Shown here piece by piece: positions 1-9,687 of a stretch of 64,000 bases of DNA. A program made the position numbers and the translations under genes. Location: IMG/VR virus record IMGVR_UViG_3300030330_003102. The stretch is one strand, 5' to 3'. Position 1 is the first letter of the stretch. Each line of letters opens with the position of its first letter. The notes below the pieces were generated by a model, which did not search any database, was not told the DNA's origin, and saw only the letters and a program-made list of their open reading frames with translations. Source of the stretch: an uncultured virus (IMG/VR IMGVR_UViG_3300030330_003102). Taxonomy: Duplodnaviria > Heunggongvirae > Uroviricota > Caudoviricetes.

Positions 1-2
1 AG

Positions 3-329
3 GGAGTAGCAGAGAAACTTTCCTCTTTGAAGAATGTTCGCGCTGTTCCCTCTCCCCACAGTCTTTCGGCGCTTCTCTCTAAGAATCCGCAGATTGTGGC
101 AGTAGGTAGTGAACAGGTAGAGAACGCAGTAGGGGTCAAAGCCTCTCATCTTCTTTATGATGTTGACCGGGAAGTAATTCATAATCGTGATGAAATAGTT
201 TATACGCGAAGTCCTACCGTGATGACACCAAAGCAGAGGGAGATGTCACAACAATGCACCTGTGGTCGAATCCGTATTTTTCCGGCGGAATCAAAGGTGT
301 GCTTACATTGTGTAAGAAAACCTCAATAA
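3..329 (+). CDS. Hypothetical protein, 5'-truncated, C-terminal Cys motifs (CxC...CxxC)
   Basis: Frame is open to the window edge; CTCG and CLHC motifs. Confidence 0.5.
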   Translation, partial: GVAEKLSSLKNVRAVPSPHSLSALLSKNPQIVAVGSEQVENAVGVKASHLLYDVDREVIHNRDEIVYTRSPTVMTPKQREMSQQCTCGRIRIFPAESKVCLHCVRKPQ

Positions 330-349
330 GACACTAGGAGTATGAGTAA

Positions 350-688
350 ATGGGAACCGCCATGCGCGAAGATGTTAGTAGCATCATATCTTCTATACTT
401 CATACTTCATCTATTGATTTGGGTAGAATGTTAACACAAGAGAATGTTTTCGACGCTACTATTCTTCGTGCTTTCCTTCTTGATACAGAGGGAGACGAAG
501 GAGACTTGGCAGATTTTTTGAGTGAAACTAACATAGACGGCTCCTTTATTCGTGGTTTCATGGCCGGTCTTGTACAGGCGATATTAATTGAAAGAGGACA
601 TGGAGAAATACTTGGTCGTCCTAGCCACGCCGAAATACTGGCTATCTACGATGCGGCCCTAGCACACCTAATGGAGTCCTCCATATAA
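350..688 (+). CDS. Hypothetical protein
   Basis: 112-aa ORF with GGAG upstream, co-directional with neighbours. Confidence 0.6.
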   Translation: MGTAMREDVSSIISSILHTSSIDLGRMLTQENVFDATILRAFLLDTEGDEGDLADFLSETNIDGSFIRGFMAGLVQAILIERGHGEILGRPSHAEILAIYDAALAHLMESSI

Positions 689-702
689 TTTATATGTGTA
701 AT
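689..702 (+). promoter_or_regulatory. Replication-module promoter TTTATATGTGTAAT, copy 1
   Basis: Exact 14-mer also at 1607, 4657 and 9348; contains an archaeal TATA box; starts 30 nt before ATG 719. Confidence 0.8.
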
Positions 703-718
703 CTACTAAGGATAGATT

Positions 719-1606
719 ATGCTTTGGGTGAATAAGTACAGACCTACTTCATGTGATGACCTCGTAGGTGGGGCATATCATGTTTGTCAGATGTTTCAGA
801 AGGATGATATTCAACATCTACTACTACACAGTAGAGGAGCAGGTACGGGTAAGACATCTTTGGCTTATGTATTAGCAAACGAATTAGACTTAACCCTTCA
901 TGTTTTCAATGCTTCCTCTAAGAAAACAAGAGGCATAGCATTTGTAGAGGAGGAGTTGATACCTCTTACGCGCTCAGGCAACTACAATCAGATAATACTT
1001 CTTGATGAGGCCGACCAACTAACACCCGAAGCACAATCCGCGCTCAAAGGAGTTATAGAAAACGCACAGGGTATTTTTATTCTAACTTGTAATGATATAA
1101 GTAAAGTTAGTGAGTGGCTACAATCTCGTTGCTTAACATTTCACATCAAGGAAATAAGTAAGGAGTCAATGATGAAGCGACTACAACATATATGTGGGGC
1201 AGAAGGTGTGGAAATCACCGAGAGTCAATTGGGTCTTATATGTGACGCGCATGAGGGTGACTTACGAAATGCTATCAATGCGCTCCAAGCGTATGCGTCG
1301 TTTGATAACCAAGAAGGTGCGTCACAATTTTTGAGAGGTCTTGTCACACAAGACTTTGACAGTATTCTTTTCCTGAAAGTATGTATGGTAGAGCGTGACT
1401 CTGTTGCCGCTATACCTATGCTAAATAACCAAGATACAAGGGGGCTTGTCAGAAGCGTATTCCGTTATGGAATATCTGATGCCCCCATATCACAAACAAA
1501 GAAACTCCAAGTTGTTGATGCGGCAATCACAGCCGAGCGAGACATCCTTAACGGTGTTGATGAAGATATTGTTAAGGCAAACTTTGTGAGGATGCTGATA
1601 GTATAG
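719..1606 (+). CDS. rfcS: Replication factor C small subunit-like clamp loader (AAA+)
   Basis: WVNKYRP N-terminus, Walker A GAGTGKTS, Walker B DEAD, LQSRC, GDLR motifs. Confidence 0.92.
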   Translation: MLWVNKYRPTSCDDLVGGAYHVCQMFQKDDIQHLLLHSRGAGTGKTSLAYVLANELDLTLHVFNASSKKTRGIAFVEEELIPLTRSGNYNQIILLDEADQLTPEAQSALKGVIENAQGIFILTCNDISKVSEWLQSRCLTFHIKEISKESMMKRLQHICGAEGVEITESQLGLICDAHEGDLRNAINALQAYASFDNQEGASQFLRGLVTQDFDSILFLKVCMVERDSVAAIPMLNNQDTRGLVRSVFRYGISDAPISQTKKLQVVDAAITAERDILNGVDEDIVKANFVRMLIV

Positions 1607-1620
1607 TTTATATGTGTAAT
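1607..1620 (+). promoter_or_regulatory. Replication-module promoter, copy 2
   Basis: TTTATATGTGTAAT followed by SD-like AGGTGA before ATG 1654. Confidence 0.75.
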
Positions 1621-1653
1621 CCAACGACGGAGAAATTAGAAAGGTGAAGAACC

Positions 1654-2829
1654 ATGAGTAATGAAATGCTAGAAAATATCGCTAAAACGCTGAATGTCGC
1701 GCCCGAAGTGGTGCGTGCAAGGGCTGATGAAGTCCTTGCGGAACAGGGCCCCGCATGGAAGAATGCTGGTCGCTCTGATGACGACTGTTATATCCTCGCT
1801 CTGAGGGTGGCTGGTCGTAATATCACAAGTGAGAATGCCCGAATGCGCCGAGCAGGTGCTGATACATACGAAGGTATGTTCCTATCTGTTCCACGCCCGA
1901 AGGAGTGGGGTAAGATACTCTACAACAAGATGAAGAATCAGATGATGAATGCTTCTAGTGAGGTTCGACAGACTCTCGTTGATAGCGGCGCAGTAGTCTT
2001 GTTTGAGAACAACAACGATGGAACCTACACACGCCTTGCTGATGAGAGATACTTTGGTGCGGCAGAAGCAGAGGTTTCTTCTCTACCTAAGCACACAATG
2101 CAGTTGGATGTTAACACACACTTCTATGTTGTATGGGATAAGAACAACGCAACCTTCCCTAGTGGAGATGCTAACTTCAAGTATGGTGCGCCACGCCCTC
2201 AAGATGAGCGCGAGCGCACTTGTCTATTCTTTGGTCGCCCGCAGGGAACTGATGGACAACCACAGGTATTCACCGTAAGCGGTAGCGGTAAGGCGGCTGA
2301 CCGACAGTTCCCTACCTTTACACCACTAACTATCCCCCTGAGAACAGGTAAGAACAACCGTTGCTATCTTAATGCAGATGTATCGGTTCCTACTGAGGAT
2401 GAAACGCTAGTTAACATCTTCTCAGGTTCACCACTTGATATGCTACCCGCTATCATCGGTGAAGAAAATATGTTGGATAACCTATCAGCACTCGCCCAAT
2501 ACTACGACACACACAATGGTACAGACGGATGGTGGGACAGGAATTGCGCAACCGTAGTCGAGGTCATACACATTGACCCACGCGACAATGGTGGCTCTAT
2601 CCTAGTCTGTGGAGACACAGACCTTACCTCTATGGCTGGGACTATTGATGTTTATTGCGACGATGTGCCGTCTTTCGGAGTTGGTACTAAGTTGTTAATA
2701 CTTGGTCAAGCATGGAGAAGCAGGGAAGGAGAGGACCGCATGACCGTAAATGGTTGGTGGGCCTTTGATGAAATCGCCGCGCTATCTGAGCCTGACTTTG
2801 GCGACAGTCAGGATGGGTGGGACGCTTGA
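1654..2829 (+). CDS. Putative ssDNA-binding protein (RPA/OB-fold-like)
   Basis: Beta-rich C-terminal region, acidic aromatic tail (DSQDGWDA), replication-module context; no diagnostic motif. Confidence 0.5.
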   Translation: MSNEMLENIAKTLNVAPEVVRARADEVLAEQGPAWKNAGRSDDDCYILALRVAGRNITSENARMRRAGADTYEGMFLSVPRPKEWGKILYNKMKNQMMNASSEVRQTLVDSGAVVLFENNNDGTYTRLADERYFGAAEAEVSSLPKHTMQLDVNTHFYVVWDKNNATFPSGDANFKYGAPRPQDERERTCLFFGRPQGTDGQPQVFTVSGSGKAADRQFPTFTPLTIPLRTGKNNRCYLNADVSVPTEDETLVNIFSGSPLDMLPAIIGEENMLDNLSALAQYYDTHNGTDGWWDRNCATVVEVIHIDPRDNGGSILVCGDTDLTSMAGTIDVYCDDVPSFGVGTKLLILGQAWRSREGEDRMTVNGWWAFDEIAALSEPDFGDSQDGWDA

Positions 2830-3128
2830 GTAATTGGAGTTGGAAGGCCGTAGGTGACTTCGTTCTTCTTCAAAAGGATGAAGGTCAAAATAAGTTAGGA
2901 CTAATAATTGACGCGCCCTATATTGTTGCAAGTTTGGGCGAGTTTGTTCCTACTGACCTAGTCGAAGGAGACAGGGTTGTTCTGTGTGATGACGCAGAGC
3001 CTACTCACCTTGAGCCTTCCAACCCACACTCTCCGTGTGTTGTACACTATACCAAGATATGTGCGGCCTCCAGTAATGATGGCTTAAAAGTATCTATGGA
3101 TATGGAATTACACGATAACTACGCTTGA
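2817..3128 (+). CDS. groES: GroES-like co-chaperonin (start may be TTG 2826)
   Basis: WKAVGDFVLL resembles GroES KPLGDRVLV; GDRVV motif; directly upstream of GroEL. Confidence 0.65.
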   Translation: MGRLSNWSWKAVGDFVLLQKDEGQNKLGLIIDAPYIVASLGEFVPTDLVEGDRVVLCDDAEPTHLEPSNPHSPCVVHYTKICAASSNDGLKVSMDMELHDNYA

Positions 3129-3138
3129 GGTGAATTGA

Positions 3139-4656
3139 GTGAATACAATGCTAACAGGAACAGAGGCACGCTCAAAGTTACTCTTAGGGGTAAATAAAGT
3201 GTCGAATGCCGTGAAGGGTACTTTTGGCCCTAATGCACGAACCGTAATCATACAGAATCCTATGGGTATGCCAGTCATTCTAAATGACGGTGTGACTATT
3301 GCACGCGCTGTGCATGATAATGACCCGTATGTGCAGATGGGAATTGACCTATTGAAAGAGGTTGCATCCGAAGCACAGGATAAATCCGGTGATGGAACTA
3401 CGAGTGCGACATTGATAGCACAGACGCTATGTAATGGTTCGCTATCTTTGATGGAGAACGGCACATCGCCTCTCGTCATTAGAGATGCTTTGAAGTCCTA
3501 CTTAACGACCACAGAAGAATATGTGCGTGAGTCAGCAATAGAGGACTTTGACCTAAAGGATGTCGCTACTATCGCGGCTAACAACGACGAAGAATTAGGA
3601 CAAATGATAGCAGATGTAGTAAGTAAGACCGGAGCAGACGGCGGAATAACCATAGAAAAGTCGTTAACAGGAGAAACCTATGTGCGTGAATCTAGCGGTG
3701 TAGAAATAAACGCTGGTTATACCCACGCTCTTATGGCTAACTCACCACGCGGTAAGTGTGAGTTTGATAACCCATTGGTTCTTACTACTTCTGAGAAGAT
3801 ACAAACATTCAATGCTTTGGTTCCTGTGCTTGAAATAGCAGTAAAGGAGAATAGACCATTGGTTATTTTCTGTGCTGACTTCAACCCAACAATGTTGCAG
3901 AATCTTTTGGTAAATATAGTACAAGGAAAGGTATCTGTGTGTATGGTTAAGCCTTCGGGAATGCCTGAACAACAACAGGCATGGCTTGAAGATATTTCAG
4001 CCGCCGTTGACTCAAAACTATTCAAAGTATCTCTCAATGAATCTATCGTAGAAGTAAAGAAGGCAGACATGGGTGTCTGTGAGAAGTTCATATCGAGCCA
4101 AACTACTACTACTCTTACGCTAAAAGAACCTGCGAACAAAGACCACTTAGACTACCTAAGTGAAATGTATGAAACAGTCGGCAACAATTGGTTAGAAGAA
4201 CAATACCAAAATAGAATCAATAGACTCACAACAGGCATCTCCACCATTTATGTTGGGGGTGCTTCCGAAGTAGAACAGGTTGAAAGGAAGGAGCGAGTTG
4301 ATGACGCAGTTAATGCGTGCAAACTCGCTCTTGAATCCGGTGTAGTCATCGGCGGGGGCGCAACACTATATCGTGCCGCCGACGAACTCGATGAAGAAGG
4401 AGATGTAGCAGACCTGTTTAGGGATTCTTTGAGGACACCGCTAAGAACTATTGTGTTGAATGCGGGCTTAGATAAAACCCCTATCGGCGTTAATAAAGTG
4501 GCCTATGTCTGCGGTATTAGCGGAGAGATACGCGATGCTAAAGAAGATGGCGTGCTTGACCCTATGCAGGTAGTCTTGAACAGTCTTGAGAGCGCGGTGT
4601 CTATCGCCGCATTGGTTCTAATGACCGATGCTGCTATCATCGCACCTGAGCAATAG
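3139..4656 (+). CDS. groEL: Group I chaperonin GroEL-like
   Basis: TFGP, NDGVTIA, GDGTTSAT, KERVDDA, GGGATL and LDP motifs. Confidence 0.95.
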   Translation: MNTMLTGTEARSKLLLGVNKVSNAVKGTFGPNARTVIIQNPMGMPVILNDGVTIARAVHDNDPYVQMGIDLLKEVASEAQDKSGDGTTSATLIAQTLCNGSLSLMENGTSPLVIRDALKSYLTTTEEYVRESAIEDFDLKDVATIAANNDEELGQMIADVVSKTGADGGITIEKSLTGETYVRESSGVEINAGYTHALMANSPRGKCEFDNPLVLTTSEKIQTFNALVPVLEIAVKENRPLVIFCADFNPTMLQNLLVNIVQGKVSVCMVKPSGMPEQQQAWLEDISAAVDSKLFKVSLNESIVEVKKADMGVCEKFISSQTTTTLTLKEPANKDHLDYLSEMYETVGNNWLEEQYQNRINRLTTGISTIYVGGASEVEQVERKERVDDAVNACKLALESGVVIGGGATLYRAADELDEEGDVADLFRDSLRTPLRTIVLNAGLDKTPIGVNKVAYVCGISGEIRDAKEDGVLDPMQVVLNSLESAVSIAALVLMTDAAIIAPEQ

Positions 4657-4670
4657 TTTATATGTGTAAT
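4657..4670 (+). promoter_or_regulatory. Replication-module promoter, copy 3
   Basis: TTTATATGTGTAAT starting 30 nt before ATG 4687. Confidence 0.8.
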
Positions 4671-4686
4671 AGAAAGAGGGAATGAT

Positions 4687-5634
4687 ATGAGTTGGGGAAC
4701 ACAAGCACCTGAACCAGTAAGCACGCCAAAGACCGTAGAGCCTGTCACACGCTTCGATGAAGCATATTACAGGAACCTATTTGAGAACAACCGCACTAAC
4801 TCTATCACACATAGATGTGCGCTTGTGGGGCATGAGAACACCCTCAAGACAGGGCTTGCTCTTTCGTTCCTTGAGCCTGAAATTGAGGCCGGTAAATCTG
4901 TATATGTTTTTGATATAGATAACTCCGCGAAGTCAACGATAGACCATGTGTACCCTAACAACCCGAACATTGTAGTGCTACCACTACACGACGAGACTGA
5001 TGACTCCATCTTTGATGAGGAGAACAATGTGGACTACAAGGCTCTCCTTGATAAGACCTCATATTATGTAAATATCCTCGCTGACAAAGTGAAGGAGAAC
5101 CCTGAATCAGTAGGTGGTGTAATCTTTGATGGTGGCTCTACTTTCCTTAAGTGGTGCGAACACGCTATGCGTAAGTCGCTACTATCAAGAGGAGTTATAG
5201 AGACTGAGGACGGAACATTCAATCAGAAGGAGTGGCGTGAGCGCAACAGACTTTACCGTAATGTTCTAACAAGACTACACAGCCTTAATGTGGCTAAGGT
5301 CTATTTCACATTCCACCTAAAGGCCGTATCTGAATACTTGGACGACGGCACAGGTAAGAAGGTTCTAATGACCGTAGGACACAGACCGGAGTGGGAGAAG
5401 GGAACTATGAGAAAGTTTTCACAACAAATCTTCCTATCTCGTTATATGAAGAAGGCTGACATGGCCGCTGGCGTCGAGGGTGATAGAAGCCTAAAGGACG
5501 GTGAGTGGGTCGTTCGTGCTAAGATAGAGGAGATGAAGGGACAACACATCGAGAAGGTCGGCACAGTATCTGATGTTGCCCGCATCAAGGATGGTAAGTT
5601 TAATTTCATTGGTCTTGAGTGGATGAAGGAGTAA
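4687..5634 (+). CDS. RecA-superfamily ATPase (Sak4/RadB-like)
   Basis: Degenerate Walker A GHENTLKT, VFDID, Walker B VIFDG, FTFH. Confidence 0.65.
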   Translation: MSWGTQAPEPVSTPKTVEPVTRFDEAYYRNLFENNRTNSITHRCALVGHENTLKTGLALSFLEPEIEAGKSVYVFDIDNSAKSTIDHVYPNNPNIVVLPLHDETDDSIFDEENNVDYKALLDKTSYYVNILADKVKENPESVGGVIFDGGSTFLKWCEHAMRKSLLSRGVIETEDGTFNQKEWRERNRLYRNVLTRLHSLNVAKVYFTFHLKAVSEYLDDGTGKKVLMTVGHRPEWEKGTMRKFSQQIFLSRYMKKADMAAGVEGDRSLKDGEWVVRAKIEEMKGQHIEKVGTVSDVARIKDGKFNFIGLEWMKE

Positions 5635-5639
5635 TCCAC

Positions 5640-6479
5640 ATGCCTATTGTTGTTGAAACTGAATCGCTCAAGTGGCTACTTTCGTTGATGCAACGGAAGC
5701 AAACCATTGACGGTAAAAGTATTTCACAGGTACATTCTCTTTTGCTAAAAGCAAACGAGGGTAGGTTGAGTGCTTGTACGCTAGTAAAGGATGGCGTCAC
5801 ATCATTAATGCGCCTTTCAATACCTTGTACTGGTGAGGGAGAGTTTGCGATAACAGATATTGAGGATGTTTTGGGTGTTCTAAAATATCATGGGGGTGTT
5901 CTATACATTACACCTGAAACAGATAAGGTCAAGTTTAAGTCTAGTACCAAACAAACAACCCTTAGTGCTAATAAAGAGGCGAGGGCGTTTCCGCACACAC
6001 CTGACACTATCGCTCTTTGGGCTGAGAAGTCAGATAGTTTGGCTAAGAAGATAAATGTTGATGATATGAAATACCACACTAACGAAGGAGAGGCTTTGGA
6101 TGTTGCGCTACGCCTTTCTGACCTTAGCACCACTACTCTTTACGAAGCATTTAGGTGCGACTCTATGAATGGTCAGAAGTTTAATAAATACACCATACAA
6201 TATACAAACAATAAATTATTGGTGACTGTTGGTGATGAATTAAAGGGTAAAACTACTACTCAGATAAACGAAATCTTGTATTCGTATGTTAACATGGAAG
6301 ATGAATCACGGGAGATAACTGCCACATATAACGGGGGGCTTGAATATATATTCCAACACCTAAACAACGATGTCAACATAGGTGTATGGGACTTCACTCA
6401 TGTCAATAATGGTTATCCTATGCTAATAACTCTTGGTGATGGTGACTTCATATTTCAAATATCAAACGAGGTTATATGA
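5640..6479 (+). CDS. Putative DNA sliding clamp (PCNA-like)
   Basis: About 279 aa, alternating alpha/beta pattern ending PMLI...FIF, located between clamp loader and PolB; weak motif evidence. Confidence 0.55.
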   Translation: MPIVVETESLKWLLSLMQRKQTIDGKSISQVHSLLLKANEGRLSACTLVKDGVTSLMRLSIPCTGEGEFAITDIEDVLGVLKYHGGVLYITPETDKVKFKSSTKQTTLSANKEARAFPHTPDTIALWAEKSDSLAKKINVDDMKYHTNEGEALDVALRLSDLSTTTLYEAFRCDSMNGQKFNKYTIQYTNNKLLVTVGDELKGKTTTQINEILYSYVNMEDESREITATYNGGLEYIFQHLNNDVNIGVWDFTHVNNGYPMLITLGDGDFIFQISNEVI

Positions 6480-6757
6480 TGGGTTTAATTTACCATAAGG
6501 GTTTAGTGAAAAGATGGAGAAGTACCAAAGATGGTACATTTCACATATTCCCAATGCGGGTAGATTTTCATAATGAACCCTTTACTGTGATATGGCACGA
6601 TGAAGAAGGTATTAATTATGTGGCATCAATTAATGTTCGTGTAGAATTAGATGGGGATTATGCTAATCCCCAAGACTTACCCATAGAAAAAATAGAGAGG
6701 GAAAACATTATAAGTGAATCGTTAGGAGAGGAAGATAAGGAGGAGGGACTAATATGA
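6476..6757 (+). CDS. Hypothetical protein
   Basis: ATGA-coupled to both neighbours. Confidence 0.6.
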   Translation: MMGLIYHKGLVKRWRSTKDGTFHIFPMRVDFHNEPFTVIWHDEEGINYVASINVRVELDGDYANPQDLPIEKIERENIISESLGEEDKEEGLI

Positions 6758-6963
6758 CTTGGACTAAACCTATAACCACTAATAGCGGACAGACTGTTTT
6801 GCGTATTGATGATATTTCTGCGGTGACATTAGATTTGCATAATGCCGCCGGAACAACATACTCTATTCACATGAGGTCAGGTACTATATTTACAACAAGG
6901 ACTGATGGTAGATATATTATGGGGCTTTGTGGAGGAACAATGAAACATCCGGTGATGAAATGA
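6754..6963 (+). CDS. Hypothetical protein
   Basis: ATGA-coupled; SD-like GGAGG upstream. Confidence 0.6.
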   Translation: MTWTKPITTNSGQTVLRIDDISAVTLDLHNAAGTTYSIHMRSGTIFTTRTDGRYIMGLCGGTMKHPVMK

Positions 6964-7133
6964 GCAACACAGAATCTCCATTCATGTCTTGTGAAAAGTG
7001 TGGAGGTAAATTCTCTTGGATTTATGTTGATACTATATCAGAAGGAGAGATTTATGAATGCGAGTTTTGCAACAACATTTTCCTTAAAAGAAACGAACAA
7101 GAAGAAGTAGATGTGGTAAGGTATGATAATTGA
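6960..7133 (+). CDS. Small zinc-ribbon protein
   Basis: CEKC...CEFC; SD GGTGA before ATG 6960. Confidence 0.6.
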   Translation: MSNTESPFMSCEKCGGKFSWIYVDTISEGEIYECEFCNNIFLKRNEQEEVDVVRYDN

Positions 7134-9342
7134 ACACTCTAGGGGTAGAGATATAATCATACGGGGCCGTGACAATACTGGGAAAAGATACGAGAAAACT
7201 ATCAAAGGTCATTGGCCTTATTGTTTCGTTCGTAGTGAAGATGCTAAATATATAGCAGAGGCCGTAAGAACAGAAGAAGGATATACTGGTCTTTACGGTG
7301 AAGAACTTACAAAGATAATCTGTGCTACCGACTATGATGTAAAGCAGATAGGTAGGAACGGACAAACATGGGAAGCAAACATTCCTTATCCTAATCAGGT
7401 TCTCGCTGATTATATCAATGAGGGGAATGCCCCAATAGAAAACTATAAACATCGTACATGGTATCTCGACGCGGAGTGGTCGCCAACCACAGGCAAACTG
7501 AGATGTATAGTAGTGTATGATAATTTCAAGAAAAAAGAATATGTGTGGTTTATAGAGCATAGTATAGAAGAACAAACAGGTAAGAAGTTTGACAGTTATG
7601 GAGACTATACCTACGAGACACCTGCTATGGGTTTCGGTGATGAGAAGTCAATGCTTATTCATTTTCTGCGCCACATGAAAGCGTGTGACCCCGACATTAT
7701 TACTGGGTGGTATGTAGTCGGTGCAGACATCAAGACTATTATTGAAAGATGTCGGGCTAATGGGTTGTCTGAGTTATCCCTTTCTCCTATGAGAAAGATA
7801 CGGTATGAGTTCAAAGATTGGGCGCAACCTATCGTTGGTAGGAACTGTATAGACTTGATGCTCGCAGTATCTAAGTTATGGGAGTTGAAGAATGGAAAAC
7901 TACCTTCATACAAACTCGATGATGTCGCCTACGAAATCTTAGGGGAAAAGAAAATTGAGTTGGAACACGGACACGACACATGGTTTGAGGATAAAGCATT
8001 GTATCTGCACTACTGCCGACAGGATGTGCGCCTACTACCTAAACTGGATGAGGCTGTTAATGCCCTTGACTACTATACATCTCTGCAACACATTGTACAA
8101 TGCGATATTCGTTCAACTCCCTTTATCACAAAAATGTTCACTCAGTTGGTACTCACAGACCCTGACTTTAACCGAAGAATCCCATCCAAACCGCAGTTTG
8201 ACAAGGTGGAGTATGAGGGTGCTGATATATTAGAGGTACAGCCAGCCGTGTATGATAATGTAGGCATCTTAGATATACGCGCCATGTACCACAGCAACGC
8301 AGAAAAATACAACATCTCATGGGACACCCTTGATGATAACGGACAAGATTGTGGTAATGGTACTAACTTTTCACAGAACGAAAAGGGGTTACTTGTCAGA
8401 CAGATGGATAAGATGACTGACTTAAGAAATATATTTAAGACAAAAATGTTTGTAAGCGATGGGCCCGAAAAACAGAAGTGGGACACCATGCAGTTTGCTG
8501 CTAAGACTCTCGTTGCTTCCATGTATGGGGTAGCCGGAGACGCTAAGTATGGTATGTATCATCCTGACATCGCTGCTGCTATCACCTATACTTCTCGACA
8601 AACATTGGGTGAGTTAATGGCAGAGGCTATGAGTCTTGGGTTCAAGGTGATATATGGACATACCGACTCTGTGTTTTGTATTATACCAACACCCGAAGAA
8701 GGGATGGAAATTCTACCGAAAATTAATGAGAGAATGTCGCCAATCGTAGTGGAGTTTGAAAAGTGGTGTTCGCGCCTTATCATGGTAGCGAAGAACCGAT
8801 ACACAGGAATGGTCAAGTGGACTGATGGTGAGTATCATGAACCCAACATTTATGTTAAAGGTATTGAGATGAAGCAATCTCGTATGCCTCCTGTCATGAA
8901 AGAAGCCATGCAACACACCATAGAAGGCATCTTAAACCGTAAATCTGAGAACGCTGTCACAATGCGAAACCAAGCACTAATTGACGCAATAATGGGGGGT
9001 GGAATAGAACCGGAAAAATTGTGTATGAAAGGTAAGATAGAACAAGACCTAAATAAGTACAAGGTTCTTTCAGGTTCGTCTGCCGCCGCAAACTGGGCCA
9101 ATGAAAATCTTGGGAAGGGTTATCGTAAAGGTTCGTTTTTCCTTGTGACCATTAATGATAAAGGTAAATATATAGCGTTTGATAATCCCAAAGAAATTGA
9201 GGGTATTACTAACATTGGTTATAAGACCCTAGTTGATAGATTTATTATCAAGAAAGTTTCCCCATACTATAACTTGGCTGGTTGGGACACGCAACCACTT
9301 GAGAACGCTAAAAACGGTCTTGGGCAATTGGTGTGGATATAG
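7123..9342 (+). CDS. polB: Family B DNA polymerase
   Basis: Exonuclease motifs YLDAEW, ITGWY..GAD, YCRQD; polymerase motifs DIRAMYHS, KTLVASMYG, YGHTDS, KNRY, KGIE. Confidence 0.95.
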   Translation: MIIEHSRGRDIIIRGRDNTGKRYEKTIKGHWPYCFVRSEDAKYIAEAVRTEEGYTGLYGEELTKIICATDYDVKQIGRNGQTWEANIPYPNQVLADYINEGNAPIENYKHRTWYLDAEWSPTTGKLRCIVVYDNFKKKEYVWFIEHSIEEQTGKKFDSYGDYTYETPAMGFGDEKSMLIHFLRHMKACDPDIITGWYVVGADIKTIIERCRANGLSELSLSPMRKIRYEFKDWAQPIVGRNCIDLMLAVSKLWELKNGKLPSYKLDDVAYEILGEKKIELEHGHDTWFEDKALYLHYCRQDVRLLPKLDEAVNALDYYTSLQHIVQCDIRSTPFITKMFTQLVLTDPDFNRRIPSKPQFDKVEYEGADILEVQPAVYDNVGILDIRAMYHSNAEKYNISWDTLDDNGQDCGNGTNFSQNEKGLLVRQMDKMTDLRNIFKTKMFVSDGPEKQKWDTMQFAAKTLVASMYGVAGDAKYGMYHPDIAAAITYTSRQTLGELMAEAMSLGFKVIYGHTDSVFCIIPTPEEGMEILPKINERMSPIVVEFEKWCSRLIMVAKNRYTGMVKWTDGEYHEPNIYVKGIEMKQSRMPPVMKEAMQHTIEGILNRKSENAVTMRNQALIDAIMGGGIEPEKLCMKGKIEQDLNKYKVLSGSSAAANWANENLGKGYRKGSFFLVTINDKGKYIAFDNPKEIEGITNIGYKTLVDRFIIKKVSPYYNLAGWDTQPLENAKNGLGQLVWI

Positions 9343-9347
9343 AACAG

Positions 9348-9361
9348 TTTATATGTGTAAT
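9348..9361 (+). promoter_or_regulatory. Replication-module promoter, copy 4
   Basis: TTTATATGTGTAAT starting 30 nt before ATG 9378. Confidence 0.8.
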
Positions 9362-9377
9362 CGGTGGTGGATAGATT

Positions 9378-9683
9378 ATGGCAAAGAAAGTTGAACAAGA
9401 AGCATTTGAGAACTTCGTTAGAGAGGTTGCGGGTGTTATATCAATAATGGGCGCAGACATCATGAAGATGCAAACTATCATGTATAATCTGCTTGATGAA
9501 ATGGATAAGATAGAGAAACCTATTTGTGTTGGTTGTAAAGAACAACTAATGATACCTGTTGTACAAAATGTGGATAAGAGCGATATGTGTCCTAATTGTG
9601 GTGAGAACATTTACGGTAAAGAACAGACTACATTTGAATCGTGGGATGACGAGGGCATAACACAAGGCGGCGAGGAAGAATGA
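9378..9683 (+). CDS. Zinc-finger protein with PIP-box-like tail
   Basis: CVGC...CPNC; QTTFESW near the C-terminus. Confidence 0.65.
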   Translation: MAKKVEQEAFENFVREVAGVISIMGADIMKMQTIMYNLLDEMDKIEKPICVGCKEQLMIPVVQNVDKSDMCPNCGENIYGKEQTTFESWDDEGITQGGEEE

Positions 9684-9687
9684 TACA

